From the IMG/VR virus record IMGVR_UViG_3300042519_001698: 64,000 bases of DNA. One strand, 5' to 3'. The position numbers were made by a program, and so were the translations under genes. Each line of letters starts with the position of its first letter. The first letter of the stretch is position 1. Shown piece after piece: positions 28,172 through 39,700 of the stretch. The notes under the pieces were generated by a model. That model had not been told where the DNA came from. It saw nothing but the letters and a program-made list of their open reading frames with translations, and did no database searches. The DNA comes from a virus.

Positions 28172-30028
28172 TTATATCGCTTCACCATATATTACAGGTA
28201 ATCCACTTCCACTATCAACTTTACCTGTTGTTGTGAATATCTCACCTGAATTTATAAATCTTGTTATTTCATTTCCATTACAATCTAACCAATTTGCTGT
28301 TGCACTAAATCCATAATTTGCAGAGAATGTAATATCCACACAATCACCTATCACAGCAACCGTTGAATTACATAATGTACCTTCATTTGTTATTGTGAAT
28401 GAAGCAGGATTAAGTAGAACTAATGGAGATTTTATTGTTTCAATAATAACACAATCATAAATTGTTTGTGTTCCAACTGTAGCATATATTGTTTGTTGTC
28501 CCGATACGTTATTGTAAATAATATAACCCGCGTCTGTAACGTTTAATACAACATTTTGTTTATACGTTTCGGTTGTTTCAGATACCGAATCACAAGATAC
28601 TGTTGTTTGACAAGAACTTGTTACAGATAAATCAAATGGTTGGAATAATCCTGTATTTGTTGAGAGTACATATATATCCAACACTTTATTTTCTTTTGAA
28701 CTATAATAACCAACTGTTTTGGTGAATTCATTTAATCCTCCAGTTAATATAAATAATTCACCAACTTTTTCCTCATAATTACCTATAAAAATCTCAGTAG
28801 TATTATTATTAGTTGTTGCACTTACTGTCATTTCGTAGTTACCATATGGTTGATCTAATTCAAATGTGTTTAACATTCTACTTAATCCAGCAGAATTAAT
28901 TGTGTTTACAACCGTACCGGTTCCACAATTAGATCTTCTTGATATACTTAGACTACAATCACCACTTCTTTCAATTAAATAAGAATTTTCAGGATTTGTA
29001 CCTCCATCAAAACTTGAATAGAGTGATGGTTCCTCATTTGAACAGTTGTCTGAACATATTTCATTTTCATAAGTTCCAGCCGATGAATATGTCACGAACT
29101 CTTGTGTTCCCGTTTCACATGGATAATAATATAAATAGATTTTATTATCGGTATTACCACTTATTACATCCAAATCCGCTTGTGATATTACAACATTATA
29201 TGATGTACAACCATTACAATCTCTTGGTGTACTTGTTGGTGTTGGTGTGTGAGTTGGTGTAACGGTATTTGTTGGTGTAACGGTATTTGTTGGTGTAACA
29301 GTTGGTGTAATAGTATTGGTTGGTGTAACGGTATTTGTTGGGGTGTTGGTTGGTGTAATTGTATTAGTCGGCGTTTGTGTAACCGTTGGTGTATTGGTTG
29401 GTGTAACACTATTTGTAGGTGTGTTAGTCGGTGTAACTGTATTCGTTGGTGTGTTAGTTGGCGTTTCAGTATTTGTCGGTGTAACTGTATTTGTTGGGGT
29501 GTTAGTTGGTGTTTCAGTTTGAGTAGGTGTTTGAGTCGGTGTTTCAGTTTGGGTTGGTGTTTGTGTAACCGTAGGGGTATTGGTCGGCGTTTCGGTATTA
29601 GTTGGGGTTTGAGTTTGTGTAGGTGTTTGAGTCGGCGTTTCAGTTTGTGTTGGTGTAACCGTATTTGTTGGTGTAACTGTATTAGTTGGGGTATTTGTTG
29701 GGGTCTCAGTTTGAGTTGGTGTAACCGTAATAGTAATAGTAGGTGTTATTGTAACTGTTGGTGTAACCGTTGGTGTTTGAGTTGGTAACATACTTACAAA
29801 ATCAAATGAACAATTTTCTTTTGTATTATGTAATGTTATTAACGTTGTCTCTATTGGTACCGAAAGTAAAACTCCTGAATCTGTTGTTAAATCTGAATAT
29901 GAAACATTTATTGCGTCACTTTCAGTATATACCAAGGTGGCGTAATTAGTACTTACACCATCGTAGTGGATGTTGTAAGGACCTTGTGATGTCCCCGTGG
30001 TAATTTTTACATAAAAGTATCTATTCAT
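28172..30028 (-). CDS. Modular virion protein: anchor module, Thr-Pro tract, Cys-rich modules
   Basis: 618 aa; [15 protein letters not shown]-terminus, ~185 aa TPT(N/Q/V) tract, then several Cys pairs. Confidence 0.75.
   Translation of the reverse strand: MNRYFYVKITTGTSQGPYNIHYDGVSTNYATLVYTESDAINVSYSDLTTDSGVLLSVPIETTLITLHNTKENCSFDFVSMLPTQTPTVTPTVTITPTITITVTPTQTETPTNTPTNTVTPTNTVTPTQTETPTQTPTQTQTPTNTETPTNTPTVTQTPTQTETPTQTPTQTETPTNTPTNTVTPTNTETPTNTPTNTVTPTNTPTNSVTPTNTPTVTQTPTNTITPTNTPTNTVTPTNTITPTVTPTNTVTPTNTVTPTHTPTPTSTPRDCNGCTSYNVVISQADLDVISGNTDNKIYLYYYPCETGTQEFVTYSSAGTYENEICSDNCSNEEPSLYSSFDGGTNPENSYLIERSGDCSLSISRRSNCGTGTVVNTINSAGLSRMLNTFELDQPYGNYEMTVSATTNNNTTEIFIGNYEEKVGELFILTGGLNEFTKTVGYYSSKENKVLDIYVLSTNTGLFQPFDLSVTSSCQTTVSCDSVSETTETYKQNVVLNVTDAGYIIYNNVSGQQTIYATVGTQTIYDCVIIETIKSPLVLLNPASFTITNEGTLCNSTVAVIGDCVDITFSANYGFSATANWLDCNGNEITRFINSGEIFTTTGKVDSGSGLPVIYGEAI
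29225..29785 (-). repeat. Thr-Pro-Thr-(Asn/Val/Gln/Glu) coding repeat
   Basis: Read directly from the translation. Confidence 0.9.
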
Positions 30029-30036
30029 TTCTTATT

Positions 30037-30044
30037 TATAAATA
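30037..30044 (-). promoter_or_regulatory. TATTTATA putative late-promoter motif
   Basis: 8 nt upstream of the ATG at 30028; palindromic form. Confidence 0.55.
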
Positions 30045-30056
30045 TCATTTTTATTT

Positions 30057-33000
30057 TTATGGACAAATTGTTATTGCATTTACACGTCCTTCGTCATATC
30101 CATTTACGGGTTCACTATATTGACCAGTTACATTACATGACATTACCGTAGGTGACCCAAGTGTTGCACTTATATATTGCCAATTTGAAGGGGATGGCCA
30201 AGCAATTTCATAGACACTACCATTAACTAATTTTTTATATGTCAAATCTCCAAGTGCGGGTAATGTTCCATTCCCAACAAAATAAAATTCATAACCACTT
30301 TGTGATGCAATACTAATACCTCCACAATAAGTAGTTCCCGGACTGTAACCATAAGAATTTACATTACTTCCAGGGTACACTCTTTTATAAACTACTCCGG
30401 GTGGTGTAGGTTCACTATATGTCCAATCGGTAATATCAGTAATAATACAATCAACAATGGTTACTATTTTAACGTTAGGGTCATTTGAATTAATAAATGA
30501 TGAATCAAATAACCAATACTTACCATTTGTTGCACATTCACAATTTGTAAAATATGGATCATTAAGATATACCCTATTTCCAATTGCAATTGTGGCGATA
30601 TCAACCGTTTCATATCCTGTTCCTTGAGAGGTATAATATTTATACAAATTGTAAACATTACCCGCATTTGTTGTTGTACCTGTATAGAAAATATATTGTT
30701 CACCTAAAACCTCTACACTCCTTATTAATTGATACGTTGTTAAACCAGATGATGGTTTAACACAAGGTCCTATTGGAGTTGGTGTAACTGTATTTGTTAG
30801 TGTTGGGGTTGGGGTTGGTATTGAATATGTTTCCGTGAAAGTTACATCCACCACACAATCTAATGTTGGTGTTGGGGTTGGTATAGAGAAAACTTCCGTG
30901 AAAGTTACATCCACCACACAATCTAATGTTGGTGTTGGTGTATTGGTTTGTGTTGGTGTATTGGTTGGTGTACCGGTTTGAGTTTGTGTTGGGGTTGGGG
31001 TTGTCGTTTCGGTATTAGTCGGTGATTGAATTGGTGTACCTGTTTGAGTTTGAGTGGGCGTTTGAGTTGGTGTAACCGTATTGGTAGGTGTAACTGTATT
31101 GGTCGGCGTGTTAGTTGGCGTTTCAGTATTGGTAGGTGTTGGTGTATTAGTCGGCGTCTCGGTGTTAGTCGGCGTAACAGTATTAGTCGGAGTTTGAGTC
31201 GGAGTTTCTGTGTTAGTTTGGGTTGGAGTCTGTGTTGGTGTTTCTGTGTTAGTCGGCGTGTTAGTCGGTGTTTCAGTATTTGTCGGTGTTGGCGTCTGAG
31301 TTGGCGTTTCAGTATTAGTAGGTGTATTAGTCGGTGTTTCAGTATTTGTCGGTGTAGGTGTTTGAGTTGAAGTTTCGGTATTGGTCGGCGTGTTAGTCGG
31401 CGTTTCAGTCTGAGTCTGAGTCGGAGTTTGAGTTGGAGTTTCGGTATTAGTAGGTGTCTGAGTTGGCGTCTCAGTTTGAGTTTGAGTAGGTGTTTGAGTT
31501 GGTGTTTCTGTGTTAGTTGGCGTAACTGTATTAGTCGGCGTGTTAGTCGGTGTTTCGGTATTAGTAGGTGTAGGAGTATTGGTTGGCGTTTCAGTTTGTG
31601 TTGGGGTGTTAGTTGGCGTTTCGGTGTTAGTCGGTGTAACCGTATTAGTCGGTGTAACAGTCTGAGTTGGAGTCTGAGTTGGTGTTTCTGTGTTAGTTGG
31701 CGTTGGAGTCTGAGTCGGAGTTTCAGTCTGACTAGGAGTATTGGTTGGTGTTTCGGTATTGGTAGGTGTAGGAGTATTGGTCGGCGTTTCGGTATTAGTA
31801 GGTGTAACTGTGTTAGTAGGTGTTTGTGTAACCGTAGGTGTGTTGGTTGGGGTCTCAGTTTGGGTTGGTGTTGGAGTCTGAGTCGGAGTTTCAGTATTAG
31901 TAGGGGTGTTGGTTGGTGTTTCAGTATTAGTTGGAGTTGGTGTATTGGTTGGTGTCTCTGTGTTAGTTTGAGTTGGCGTAGGTGTTTGTGTTTCAGTCTG
32001 AGTTGGGGTCTGAGTCGGCGTTTCGGTTGGGGTCTCAGTATTTGTAGGTGTAGGAGTATTAGTCGGCGTTTCGGTATTGGTTGGAGTTTGAGTTGGTGTT
32101 TCAGTTTGTGTAGGCGTAGGTGTCTGAGTCGGCGTTTCAGTATTTGTTGGTGTAGGTGTCTGAGTCGGCGTTTCAGTTGGTGTTTCAGTATTAGTTGGGG
32201 TTGGTGTATTGGTTGGAGTTTCAGTATTAGTAGGCGTTTGAGTTGGTGTCTCACTTGGTGTATTAGTAGGCGTTTGGGTCGGTGTTTCAGTATTGGTTGG
32301 TGTAACCGTATTAGTAGGCGTTTGAGTTGGTGTCTCGGTATTAGTTGGTGTCTGAGTTGGTGTGTTGGTCGGTGTAATAGTATTGGTCGGCGTTTGTGTA
32401 GGTGTACCTGTTGGGGTCCTTGATGGTTCTATCGACTGTACCAAAGTTCCAGTTGGTGTATGGGTTGGTGTAACGGTTGGTGTTTGTGTATTAGTAGGGG
32501 TATTCGTTGGTGTTTGTGTATTAGTAGGGGTATTTGTCGGCGTAACTGTATTAGTCGGTGTCTGACTAGGTGTAACAGTCTGAGTTGGAGTCTGAGTTGG
32601 TGTGGATGTATTGGTTGGTGTAGGTGTAGGTGTAGCCTCATTTGTTGGAGTCTGAGTTGGTGTTGGAGTTGGAGTTTCACAATTAACTGTCAATACTTTT
32701 ACAACTCTATCCGTTGACCATGGTGCAATAAATTGTATTTCAATATTTTGTTCCCCTTGAGTACTAAATTGTTTTGTTACCGAACCATTTGATTCAATTG
32801 AATTACTTGTTCCATCTCCCCAATGAATTGTAAATTCAGCATCAGCTAAAACACTAAGAGAACCATAATTTGTTGTGTTATAAACCGTAACAACATCACA
32901 CTCCACATCGTAAGCAAAGTTTGCCGTTATTTTATTTTGTCCAACTTGTCCAATTTTACCGTCAAACGCATACATTTGACCCATCTCATAAGCACTAGAC

Positions 33001-33308
33001 TCTAAGAATATAGGTAACTGTGTATCATCGTAAATTTGTGAATTAATTTGTGATGTGGTTCCTGTTACACGATACCATGTAGAACCACTATACTTATAAT
33101 AACCTTGAACAAGATTATCTGTTGTTCCCGTTGTTGTATTGTAAACTACAAAACCTTGTGACGGGGTATATCCTGTTGGTAAATAACCTGTGTTATCTGA
33201 CCATGGAATTAAATTACCCTCATTATCATACCATTGTTGCGCAGATAAAGAAACCAATGCTAAATTTGGTATTTCTTTTCTTCGTATTTTATGTATGATT
33301 TTTTTCAC
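30057..33308 (-). CDS. Mucin-like virion protein: PKD-like domain, ~630 aa Thr-Pro tract, Cys-bounded modules
   Basis: GTG start; [11 protein letters not shown]-like motif; more than half of the protein is [12 protein letters not shown]. Confidence 0.75.
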   Translation of the reverse strand: MKKIIHKIRRKEIPNLALVSLSAQQWYDNEGNLIPWSDNTGYLPTGYTPSQGFVVYNTTTGTTDNLVQGYYKYSGSTWYRVTGTTSQINSQIYDDTQLPIFLESSAYEMGQMYAFDGKIGQVGQNKITANFAYDVECDVVTVYNTTNYGSLSVLADAEFTIHWGDGTSNSIESNGSVTKQFSTQGEQNIEIQFIAPWSTDRVVKVLTVNCETPTPTPTQTPTNEATPTPTPTNTSTPTQTPTQTVTPSQTPTNTVTPTNTPTNTQTPTNTPTNTQTPTVTPTHTPTGTLVQSIEPSRTPTGTPTQTPTNTITPTNTPTQTPTNTETPTQTPTNTVTPTNTETPTQTPTNTPSETPTQTPTNTETPTNTPTPTNTETPTETPTQTPTPTNTETPTQTPTPTQTETPTQTPTNTETPTNTPTPTNTETPTETPTQTPTQTETQTPTPTQTNTETPTNTPTPTNTETPTNTPTNTETPTQTPTPTQTETPTNTPTVTQTPTNTVTPTNTETPTNTPTPTNTETPTNTPSQTETPTQTPTPTNTETPTQTPTQTVTPTNTVTPTNTETPTNTPTQTETPTNTPTPTNTETPTNTPTNTVTPTNTETPTQTPTQTQTETPTQTPTNTETPTQTPTQTQTETPTNTPTNTETSTQTPTPTNTETPTNTPTNTETPTQTPTPTNTETPTNTPTNTETPTQTPTQTNTETPTQTPTNTVTPTNTETPTNTPTPTNTETPTNTPTNTVTPTNTVTPTQTPTQTQTGTPIQSPTNTETTTPTPTQTQTGTPTNTPTQTNTPTPTLDCVVDVTFTEVFSIPTPTPTLDCVVDVTFTETYSIPTPTPTLTNTVTPTPIGPCVKPSSGLTTYQLIRSVEVLGEQYIFYTGTTTNAGNVYNLYKYYTSQGTGYETVDIATIAIGNRVYLNDPYFTNCECATNGKYWLFDSSFINSNDPNVKIVTIVDCIITDITDWTYSEPTPPGVVYKRVYPGSNVNSYGYSPGTTYCGGISIASQSGYEFYFVGNGTLPALGDLTYKKLVNGSVYEIAWPSPSNWQYISATLGSPTVMSCNVTGQYSEPVNGYDEGRVNAITICP
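30774..32675 (-). repeat. ~1.9 kb Thr-Pro coding repeat
   Basis: Degenerate 6/12/18-nt periodic sequence, which also generates the spurious antisense ORFs in the track. Confidence 0.92.
30831..30938. repeat. 63-bp-period duplication encoding [16 protein letters not shown]
   Basis: 45 nt identical at 30831-30875 and 30894-30938. Confidence 0.92.
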
Positions 33309-33312
33309 TTAC

Positions 33313-33320
33313 TATAAATA
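33313..33320 (-). promoter_or_regulatory. TATTTATA putative late-promoter motif
   Basis: 4 nt upstream of the GTG at 33308. Confidence 0.55.
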
Positions 33321-33366
33321 AAGGTGTTTTAATATTCGGTGTTTATTATTTATCATTTGATTTTTA

Positions 33367-34974
33367 TTAATATGGACATGATGGACAGTTATTTTTTGAC
33401 GCATCACTAATTTGAGTATTACCCAATTCGTTAGTGTCGTTTGTAAATGAAACAACTCTATAACAATATCCAGCGCCACTCCATAACTGGTCACTACCAT
33501 CAAGAGTACCGTCAGTTTGTTGATCCCACCAAAAATTTGTTAAATTATTGCCCGCCAAATCACAAGGACCTCCGTTATAATCTCTAATTCTTTCTAATAT
33601 TACATATCTATATTGTGGTGTGATAGAATCATCAAGTATTGTAAATGTAGGTGTGAACGCAACTTCTCCTCCACGTACAGATGTGCTTCCTGTAAATATG
33701 GCCACAGAAAATGTTTGATCACCCTCAGTAGTCTCATCATCAACTGCAACTAAATCAAAAGTATACCCTGTGGGTGATGAAATAGTCGTTGCAGTATTAA
33801 GGTTTTCAAAATCTTCAACATTGGCGGTTCCTGATTTTTTACCCCACCAAATGTGCATACCTTCCGCACTCATATTTGTTGTTACAGTAACCGTTATAAC
33901 ATTACCAGGTGGTTGCTCACCTATTTGTGATTTATCAACCGTTGCAGTAAATGTTAATGAGGTTGGTGGTGTTCCAGAACTACCTGATGAACCACTAGAA
34001 CCTGATGAACCACTAGAACCTGATGAACCACTAGAACCTGATGAACCACTAGAACCTGATGAACCACTAGAACCTGATGAACCACTAGAACCTGATGAAC
34101 CACTAGAACCTGATGAACCACTTGTACCGGCGGATGTTCCGCCCTTTTCGTAGAACTTAACAGCGTTTATTGTTGTACCACTAACAGTACCCACTCTAGT
34201 TCCTTTAGTTATTCCATTGTAATTTGATATCTCGTATGTGTGATTTGTTCTATCAATATCAACTTGGTAATACATATCACTTTCTTCAGTAACCTCATAA
34301 TTTTGAGTGAATCCCGAATTTGTAAAATCAACAATGTTTCCGTTTTTGGCATTGTAAAATTTAGCAGTCATAAAAAATGTGTTTCCTGAAGTTGTACCAC
34401 TTAAGTTGGTTTCAATAAAAACATCTTCTTGTTCAAACCAAAACAAATACATGTTTTCTTTATTTTTATAATTGTTACCATTAAAGACAGGTAGATGTAC
34501 ATAACCACTTAATGTGTTATAAAACATTTTCTCACCCAACGGTAAGGATAAGTTTCTACTAAAAACTAATTTTCGATTTACTCTTGTAGGTGGTTCACAT
34601 GATAAAGTGTTTCCATTAACAACACCAGGAGTTTTATAAAATTCTAATCTAAAAAAACTATCTGTTGATTGTTTTAACATTAATTCATTTTCTCTTGAAC
34701 TAATATCTTGTGGTGTATAATCTTGGACATATGTTGATCCACTTAAAAAATAAAAATAAAACCAAATATCTGATTGTGTTATTGATGATTCACCAAAACT
34801 ATATGGTTTATGAATAAATCTGATAACATCATAATTCTCAATCGGATTTAAAATTTCATCTAACACTTCTCCTTCAAATTGTTGTAAATTTTCCTCTGAC
34901 CCTAAATTTGATAGGAAATCAGTTTCTACATTTAAAACTAAATTGATGTCGTTTGTGGTTTTAATAATTTTCAT
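33367..34974 (-). CDS. Virion protein with (Gly-Ser-Ser)n linker, Calx-beta-like domain and terminal Cys module
   Basis: ATG at 34974 overlaps the upstream TAA; VDDETTEGDQTFSV Calx-beta-like motif; ends NNCPSCPY. Confidence 0.75.
   Translation of the reverse strand: MKIIKTTNDINLVLNVETDFLSNLGSEENLQQFEGEVLDEILNPIENYDVIRFIHKPYSFGESSITQSDIWFYFYFLSGSTYVQDYTPQDISSRENELMLKQSTDSFFRLEFYKTPGVVNGNTLSCEPPTRVNRKLVFSRNLSLPLGEKMFYNTLSGYVHLPVFNGNNYKNKENMYLFWFEQEDVFIETNLSGTTSGNTFFMTAKFYNAKNGNIVDFTNSGFTQNYEVTEESDMYYQVDIDRTNHTYEISNYNGITKGTRVGTVSGTTINAVKFYEKGGTSAGTSGSSGSSGSSGSSGSSGSSGSSGSSGSSGSSGSSGSSGSSGSSGSSGSSGTPPTSLTFTATVDKSQIGEQPPGNVITVTVTTNMSAEGMHIWWGKKSGTANVEDFENLNTATTISSPTGYTFDLVAVDDETTEGDQTFSVAIFTGSTSVRGGEVAFTPTFTILDDSITPQYRYVILERIRDYNGGPCDLAGNNLTNFWWDQQTDGTLDGSDQLWSGAGYCYRVVSFTNDTNELGNTQISDASKNNCPSCPY
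33983..34122. repeat. Perfect 18-bp tandem repeat (7 full copies plus a partial) encoding GSSGSS
   Basis: Unit CCTGATGAACCACTAGAA with no mismatches. Confidence 0.97.
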
Positions 34975-36797
34975 TAACAAATACCTTTAGTGTTATTTCT
35001 TGGGTTATTACTATCCAAGAAGTTTATTAGACCATCGGCCTTGTTTGTATAGTATCTTTCATTTCTTAAATAGAAATTAATATCGGCTTTAACATAATGT
35101 TGTCCATTGATAAAAGGAAAATCGGTTCCATTTCCATCAACATCAACATAACCATGGTCATATAAATCACGATATCTCCATAATTTATCTTGACTATCAT
35201 ATATTTTATTTTCAGGTATATTAAAAATATCTTTTGTATCTGAATTTTCAATATAGGGTGAAAGTTGTCTAAGTTTTATTCTATGATGTGGTTGATAATG
35301 TAAACCAAATGGATTATTCACCGTCGCACCCGAAAATCCATCTACATTAATAGTTTGTCCATAATCAAAAATTGTTGTTGGGTTTGTTATTTTTTGAAAC
35401 GCCTCACAAATAATTCTTTCTTTTAATTCTTTTGGGTTGTACTCAACAAAGGCACCAGTTAATACGGTTCCTTTTGATATTGTATTACCACTAGTGAATG
35501 TTATAGAGTCTCTCGTGAATGTAGTACCATTTCCAATTGTACTTTCATTTGATGTTGTACCACTAAAATGATTATCAACCCAACTATTATGAAAATTAAA
35601 TTTGTGTCCTACTTTTGGTGGATAATTAAAATAACCATTTCCATTTCTAAAAATAGTTGTTACATATATTTCTGTTGGTGTGTATCCTAAATTATTTTTT
35701 AATTCTGACGTAAGTTGAAATGGTTCCTTAAAATCAAATAGAACCGATTCAGGTCTATTTCTCTCAACTAACACGTCATTAATTCCCGCACTATTTTCAA
35801 ATATTATCTTTTTTTCATTTTCAAAAATTGGACTTTCAAATCCAACATTGTCCATTATATAATGACTACTATCTGTTAATGTTTTATGTTTATGTACATA
35901 ATACGATGATGTTGTGTTAGTTATATTATTAACATCCAATACCCTTTTACCTGTAAATAAAATTTTATTATCTGTACCAATTGTGATACCACTTTTAAAT
36001 GATGATTTTGATAAATTAATAACATATTTTTCTGAATCGTAGAATTCGTTTCCAACTGAATCAATTTGGTATGTTCTACCTGTTATTGCTCCCGTAAATG
36101 TTACACCTGATAATGTGATATATTCCCCTTGTTTCATCCCATGTTCAATAGGACTCGTTAATTCATAAAAATTACCAACCGTATAAGAAACTCTAAACGG
36201 TATTCCATCTCCTGATTTAAACGTTATTATATTATTACCGACAGTCTTTGTACTACCAGATAACGTATATGTCATTTGGTAATTAGAATCTCCACTATAA
36301 ACATATGATAAATAAAGATTCCAATTATGATATGGTGCCATCATTGTGGAAATCGATGTGTGACCTGTTGGTCCTGTGTAACTTAAATTACTATTAAAAC
36401 CAACTGTCGTTCCACTTACTGGTGTATTAATTTGTCTACGTAAATCTCTTCTTAAAAATGCAAACTCATCATATGGTAAAAATCCAGTAAATCTATTCGC
36501 ACCATCAAGTCCATTTGTTCCATCACCAGCCAAGTATAAATTTTCACTTAAATAATCGTAAGGAGTATCACCACTATACATGTTACGGAAGACCATTTTC
36601 ATCTTACCGTAAATTTTATAATCAATACTATCTTGTCTTTCTTTATTGAATAATTTTTCTAAATCTAAAACAATGTCTCTATCACCAAGTCTCATTAGGG
36701 ACTCGGACGATTCTAAATTAACTTGTAATGTTAAATCTTGTTCCTCGGCTTTCTTGTACCTTTTATTAGGTAATAATATTTCTTTATTCTCTTCCAT
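34974..36797 (-). CDS. Putative tail/baseplate structural protein
   Basis: 607 aa, S/T/G-rich, translationally coupled (TAATG) on both sides. Confidence 0.7.
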   Translation of the reverse strand: MEENKEILLPNKRYKKAEEQDLTLQVNLESSESLMRLGDRDIVLDLEKLFNKERQDSIDYKIYGKMKMVFRNMYSGDTPYDYLSENLYLAGDGTNGLDGANRFTGFLPYDEFAFLRRDLRRQINTPVSGTTVGFNSNLSYTGPTGHTSISTMMAPYHNWNLYLSYVYSGDSNYQMTYTLSGSTKTVGNNIITFKSGDGIPFRVSYTVGNFYELTSPIEHGMKQGEYITLSGVTFTGAITGRTYQIDSVGNEFYDSEKYVINLSKSSFKSGITIGTDNKILFTGKRVLDVNNITNTTSSYYVHKHKTLTDSSHYIMDNVGFESPIFENEKKIIFENSAGINDVLVERNRPESVLFDFKEPFQLTSELKNNLGYTPTEIYVTTIFRNGNGYFNYPPKVGHKFNFHNSWVDNHFSGTTSNESTIGNGTTFTRDSITFTSGNTISKGTVLTGAFVEYNPKELKERIICEAFQKITNPTTIFDYGQTINVDGFSGATVNNPFGLHYQPHHRIKLRQLSPYIENSDTKDIFNIPENKIYDSQDKLWRYRDLYDHGYVDVDGNGTDFPFINGQHYVKADINFYLRNERYYTNKADGLINFLDSNNPRNNTKGIC

Positions 36798-39700
36798 TAT
36801 TCAGCTGGTGGGAACGCTCCCTTCGGACCAAATAGGTCAATAAATTTATCAAGCCCAGTTTTACCGGCTTTCAGTCCAAAATAAAATTGGAACGGTGTAG
36901 AAAGTATTTGTTTACTACCACTATAATAATCTGAAGTTGGTCTAATAATAAAATCGACATTGATTGTCCATGATTGTGTTGACCAACCTGTAGAACCATC
37001 GTTACCAGCGGGACCATTTCTTGTATATAATGTACCTACTGTTGGATTTAATATTGAACCACTTGTAACCGCTAAAACAGTGTATCCTGGATATTGATTA
37101 TTATAATCTTGTAATAATGTTCCAACAGATATTAAACTACCTGATTGTGTTTTACCTGTGATTACATCATCAAATTCAATTTGGTCTGTTGTGTTACCTG
37201 TAATTGTTAATCCGGCAAAATTATATGTGATGGGTAATAACAAATATTTGTCAGATATATCATCATATGTACCCGTATAAGAATAACCATAGGTCATACC
37301 TTGTAATGGTTGTGTTTGTATTGTGGTATAATCCCAAGATTGGTCATCTGAAGTTGCTTCATTTGTACCACCGAATCCTGTTCCCTTTTTATCCCATAAA
37401 TGAAAGGGTACAATTTGTGATGATTCTGTTAATCTTCCCGGTTCATTTAATGATGCCCTAACTCTTTCACCATCATCGTTAAATTCTAATGTAATTGGTG
37501 TTGCTCCGTAATAACCATTTGGTTTAAATACTTGTGGATATAAATCAGGGTCAAGTACTTGATATGAGTAACCCAAATATTTTGGACTTTGTAAATCAAA
37601 TGGTTCTATTCCAGTTTCACAATTTGTTGATATTAATTGTAAAATATCACCATCTAAAACATCACTAAGTTTAATTGATGAAAATCCTGAATTTGTAAAA
37701 AAATCTTTTAGTTCAAATTCACTATTACTAACATCTAATCTATAATTTATTGTTAATCCTAAAATCTCACCAAAGTTTTGATATGAAGTTGCACCAATTG
37801 ACCTTACAACTGAAGAATTAACATCTAAAGTTGGGTCTGTTGTTATTTCTTTTATAAATTCATCTCTTGGTCCTAAATCAACAAATGTGGTTGGAGTTCC
37901 GATTCTTTTATACACACTTGAATTACCGAACGTTTCAACTGATGGAACAAATGTTCCGTTAAATTTAGTTGACCTATAATAAAACCTTCCTTGTGTAACA
38001 ACAAATCTAACAACGTCTCTACAATATTTTGCAGTGTTTTCGTTTGCATTATTCACAGCATCGGACATTTTTTTAGCTTTAAATTGAAAGAAATATAATG
38101 AACCTGATAACCAATTGTCAATAAAAGCATAATTTACAATTCCACCACAAAACATTTTTCCAACTCTTTTTCGTCTTCTATATTCTATAAGGATATCAAA
38201 TAATCTTTTGTTAGATAATGAACCTGGTGTTATATAAAATCCTCCATTTGAAAATTCGCTATAACCTGATTTTGTTATTGGTGAATAAGATTCTCCTTCA
38301 TAATTTGTTGGTAATTTAAAATTAGTGGTATCGGATAATTTTGTTGCCGTTACGTCCAACCCTGGTGTGTATACTGTTGTTTCAGTTCTTCCTGTACCAA
38401 CATAATATATTGCAACTAATGATTCATTATATGGTACATCATAAAGTTCACAACCTGATTCAAGTGTAACTAAATTACTACTTGGGTTAGATGTTGCGTT
38501 TTTATCTTTAATAATTAAAGTATATAGTGATGAGTCTGAGAAAAAACCAGATGTATCATCAAAAAGTATACCTCCACTACCATCATCACTGAATGGTGTG
38601 TCATCTAAACTAATGTTATTACCATAAAATGAAATAACATAATCACTTTGTCTATTAATAAAATCATTAATATCAACTAATGGGCTTGCCGTACCAACAC
38701 AAATACCAACATCAGGAACTGCACTATTAAAATTAGCAGCATTTAAAATTCTATATGATTGATCTCCAGAACCCGTAATTTCTATCGTACCAACTTGACA
38801 ATATTCTGAACTTGTTGATGTACTACCTTGTATACCATATAAATTATTAGCATCATTACACTCTTCACATTCGGGATATGTTATTAGGTACAAAGCTCTT
38901 TGTGATGAATCTTGAATTCTATACGCAAATTTTCTAATAGATCTTGACAATCTTTTAATTGGGAAAAAATCAACAGCATCTGCAAGTCCATGAAATACTT
39001 TAGCAATGGTGTTAAAAAATGTTAATGTAACAACATTTATTAATTGTTCAAAAAACAATAATACGTCGGCAATTAATAATGTAAATGTATAATTCTTAAG
39101 TCCAAAATTCACAGGAGGTGTTAAATGATCACCACAATCTTCTTCTTCATTGGGTACTAATTCTTTAAGACCTATAAATCTATCTTTAGTGAATAGATTA
39201 TCATTATGATATGAACTTTGAAATGATGAAACAGTATAAACTTTATTATAATTAAATCTATAGAAATAATCTTTCGGAAAATACTTTCCATTTTCATTAT
39301 ATAAAATCCCTAATGACCCGTCATTACTAACTGCAGTTGTTGGATAATCAGCCCAATCTAATGACCATGCATACGATTTATCATCTATAGTCCAAGTAGT
39401 ACTATTATATGAACCATACTCTCTAATGTTTGGAATTAAAAAATCAGCGTTTTGTCTAACTCTTGATAAATCATTATCATTTATGTTAATTCTTGCTCGA
39501 TAACATGCGGAAGTCGCAACTCCTTTATTTGGGTCATTTGTTATTTCATTTTCACCAAACTCGTTAGTGTAAATGAAATCCATATTCATTTCCAAAGGAA
39601 TTACAAAACCACCATCATCTGGAACATCTTCATTAAGAATTACCTCCTCTAAGACTGGTTTATTATTTTCATCTTTAACCGGTGTGAATCTAATTAATTC

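Noticed and set aside
15927-32717. Many antisense and alternate-frame ORFs (Cys/Trp/Leu-rich, His/Gln-rich, Val/Gly-rich)
   Set aside because: They are by-products of the Thr-Pro codon repeats, which lack stops in other frames, and they lie fully within long real genes.
33312-33503. 63 aa minus-strand ORF
   Set aside because: It overlaps the 3' end of the 537 aa gene in another frame and runs through the TATTTATA motif; no coding signal of its own.
33983-34122. CRISPR array
   Set aside because: Head-to-tail 18-bp units with no spacers, in frame inside a CDS; no cas genes. The PD-(D/E)XK nuclease at 7976 is a stand-alone phage exonuclease.
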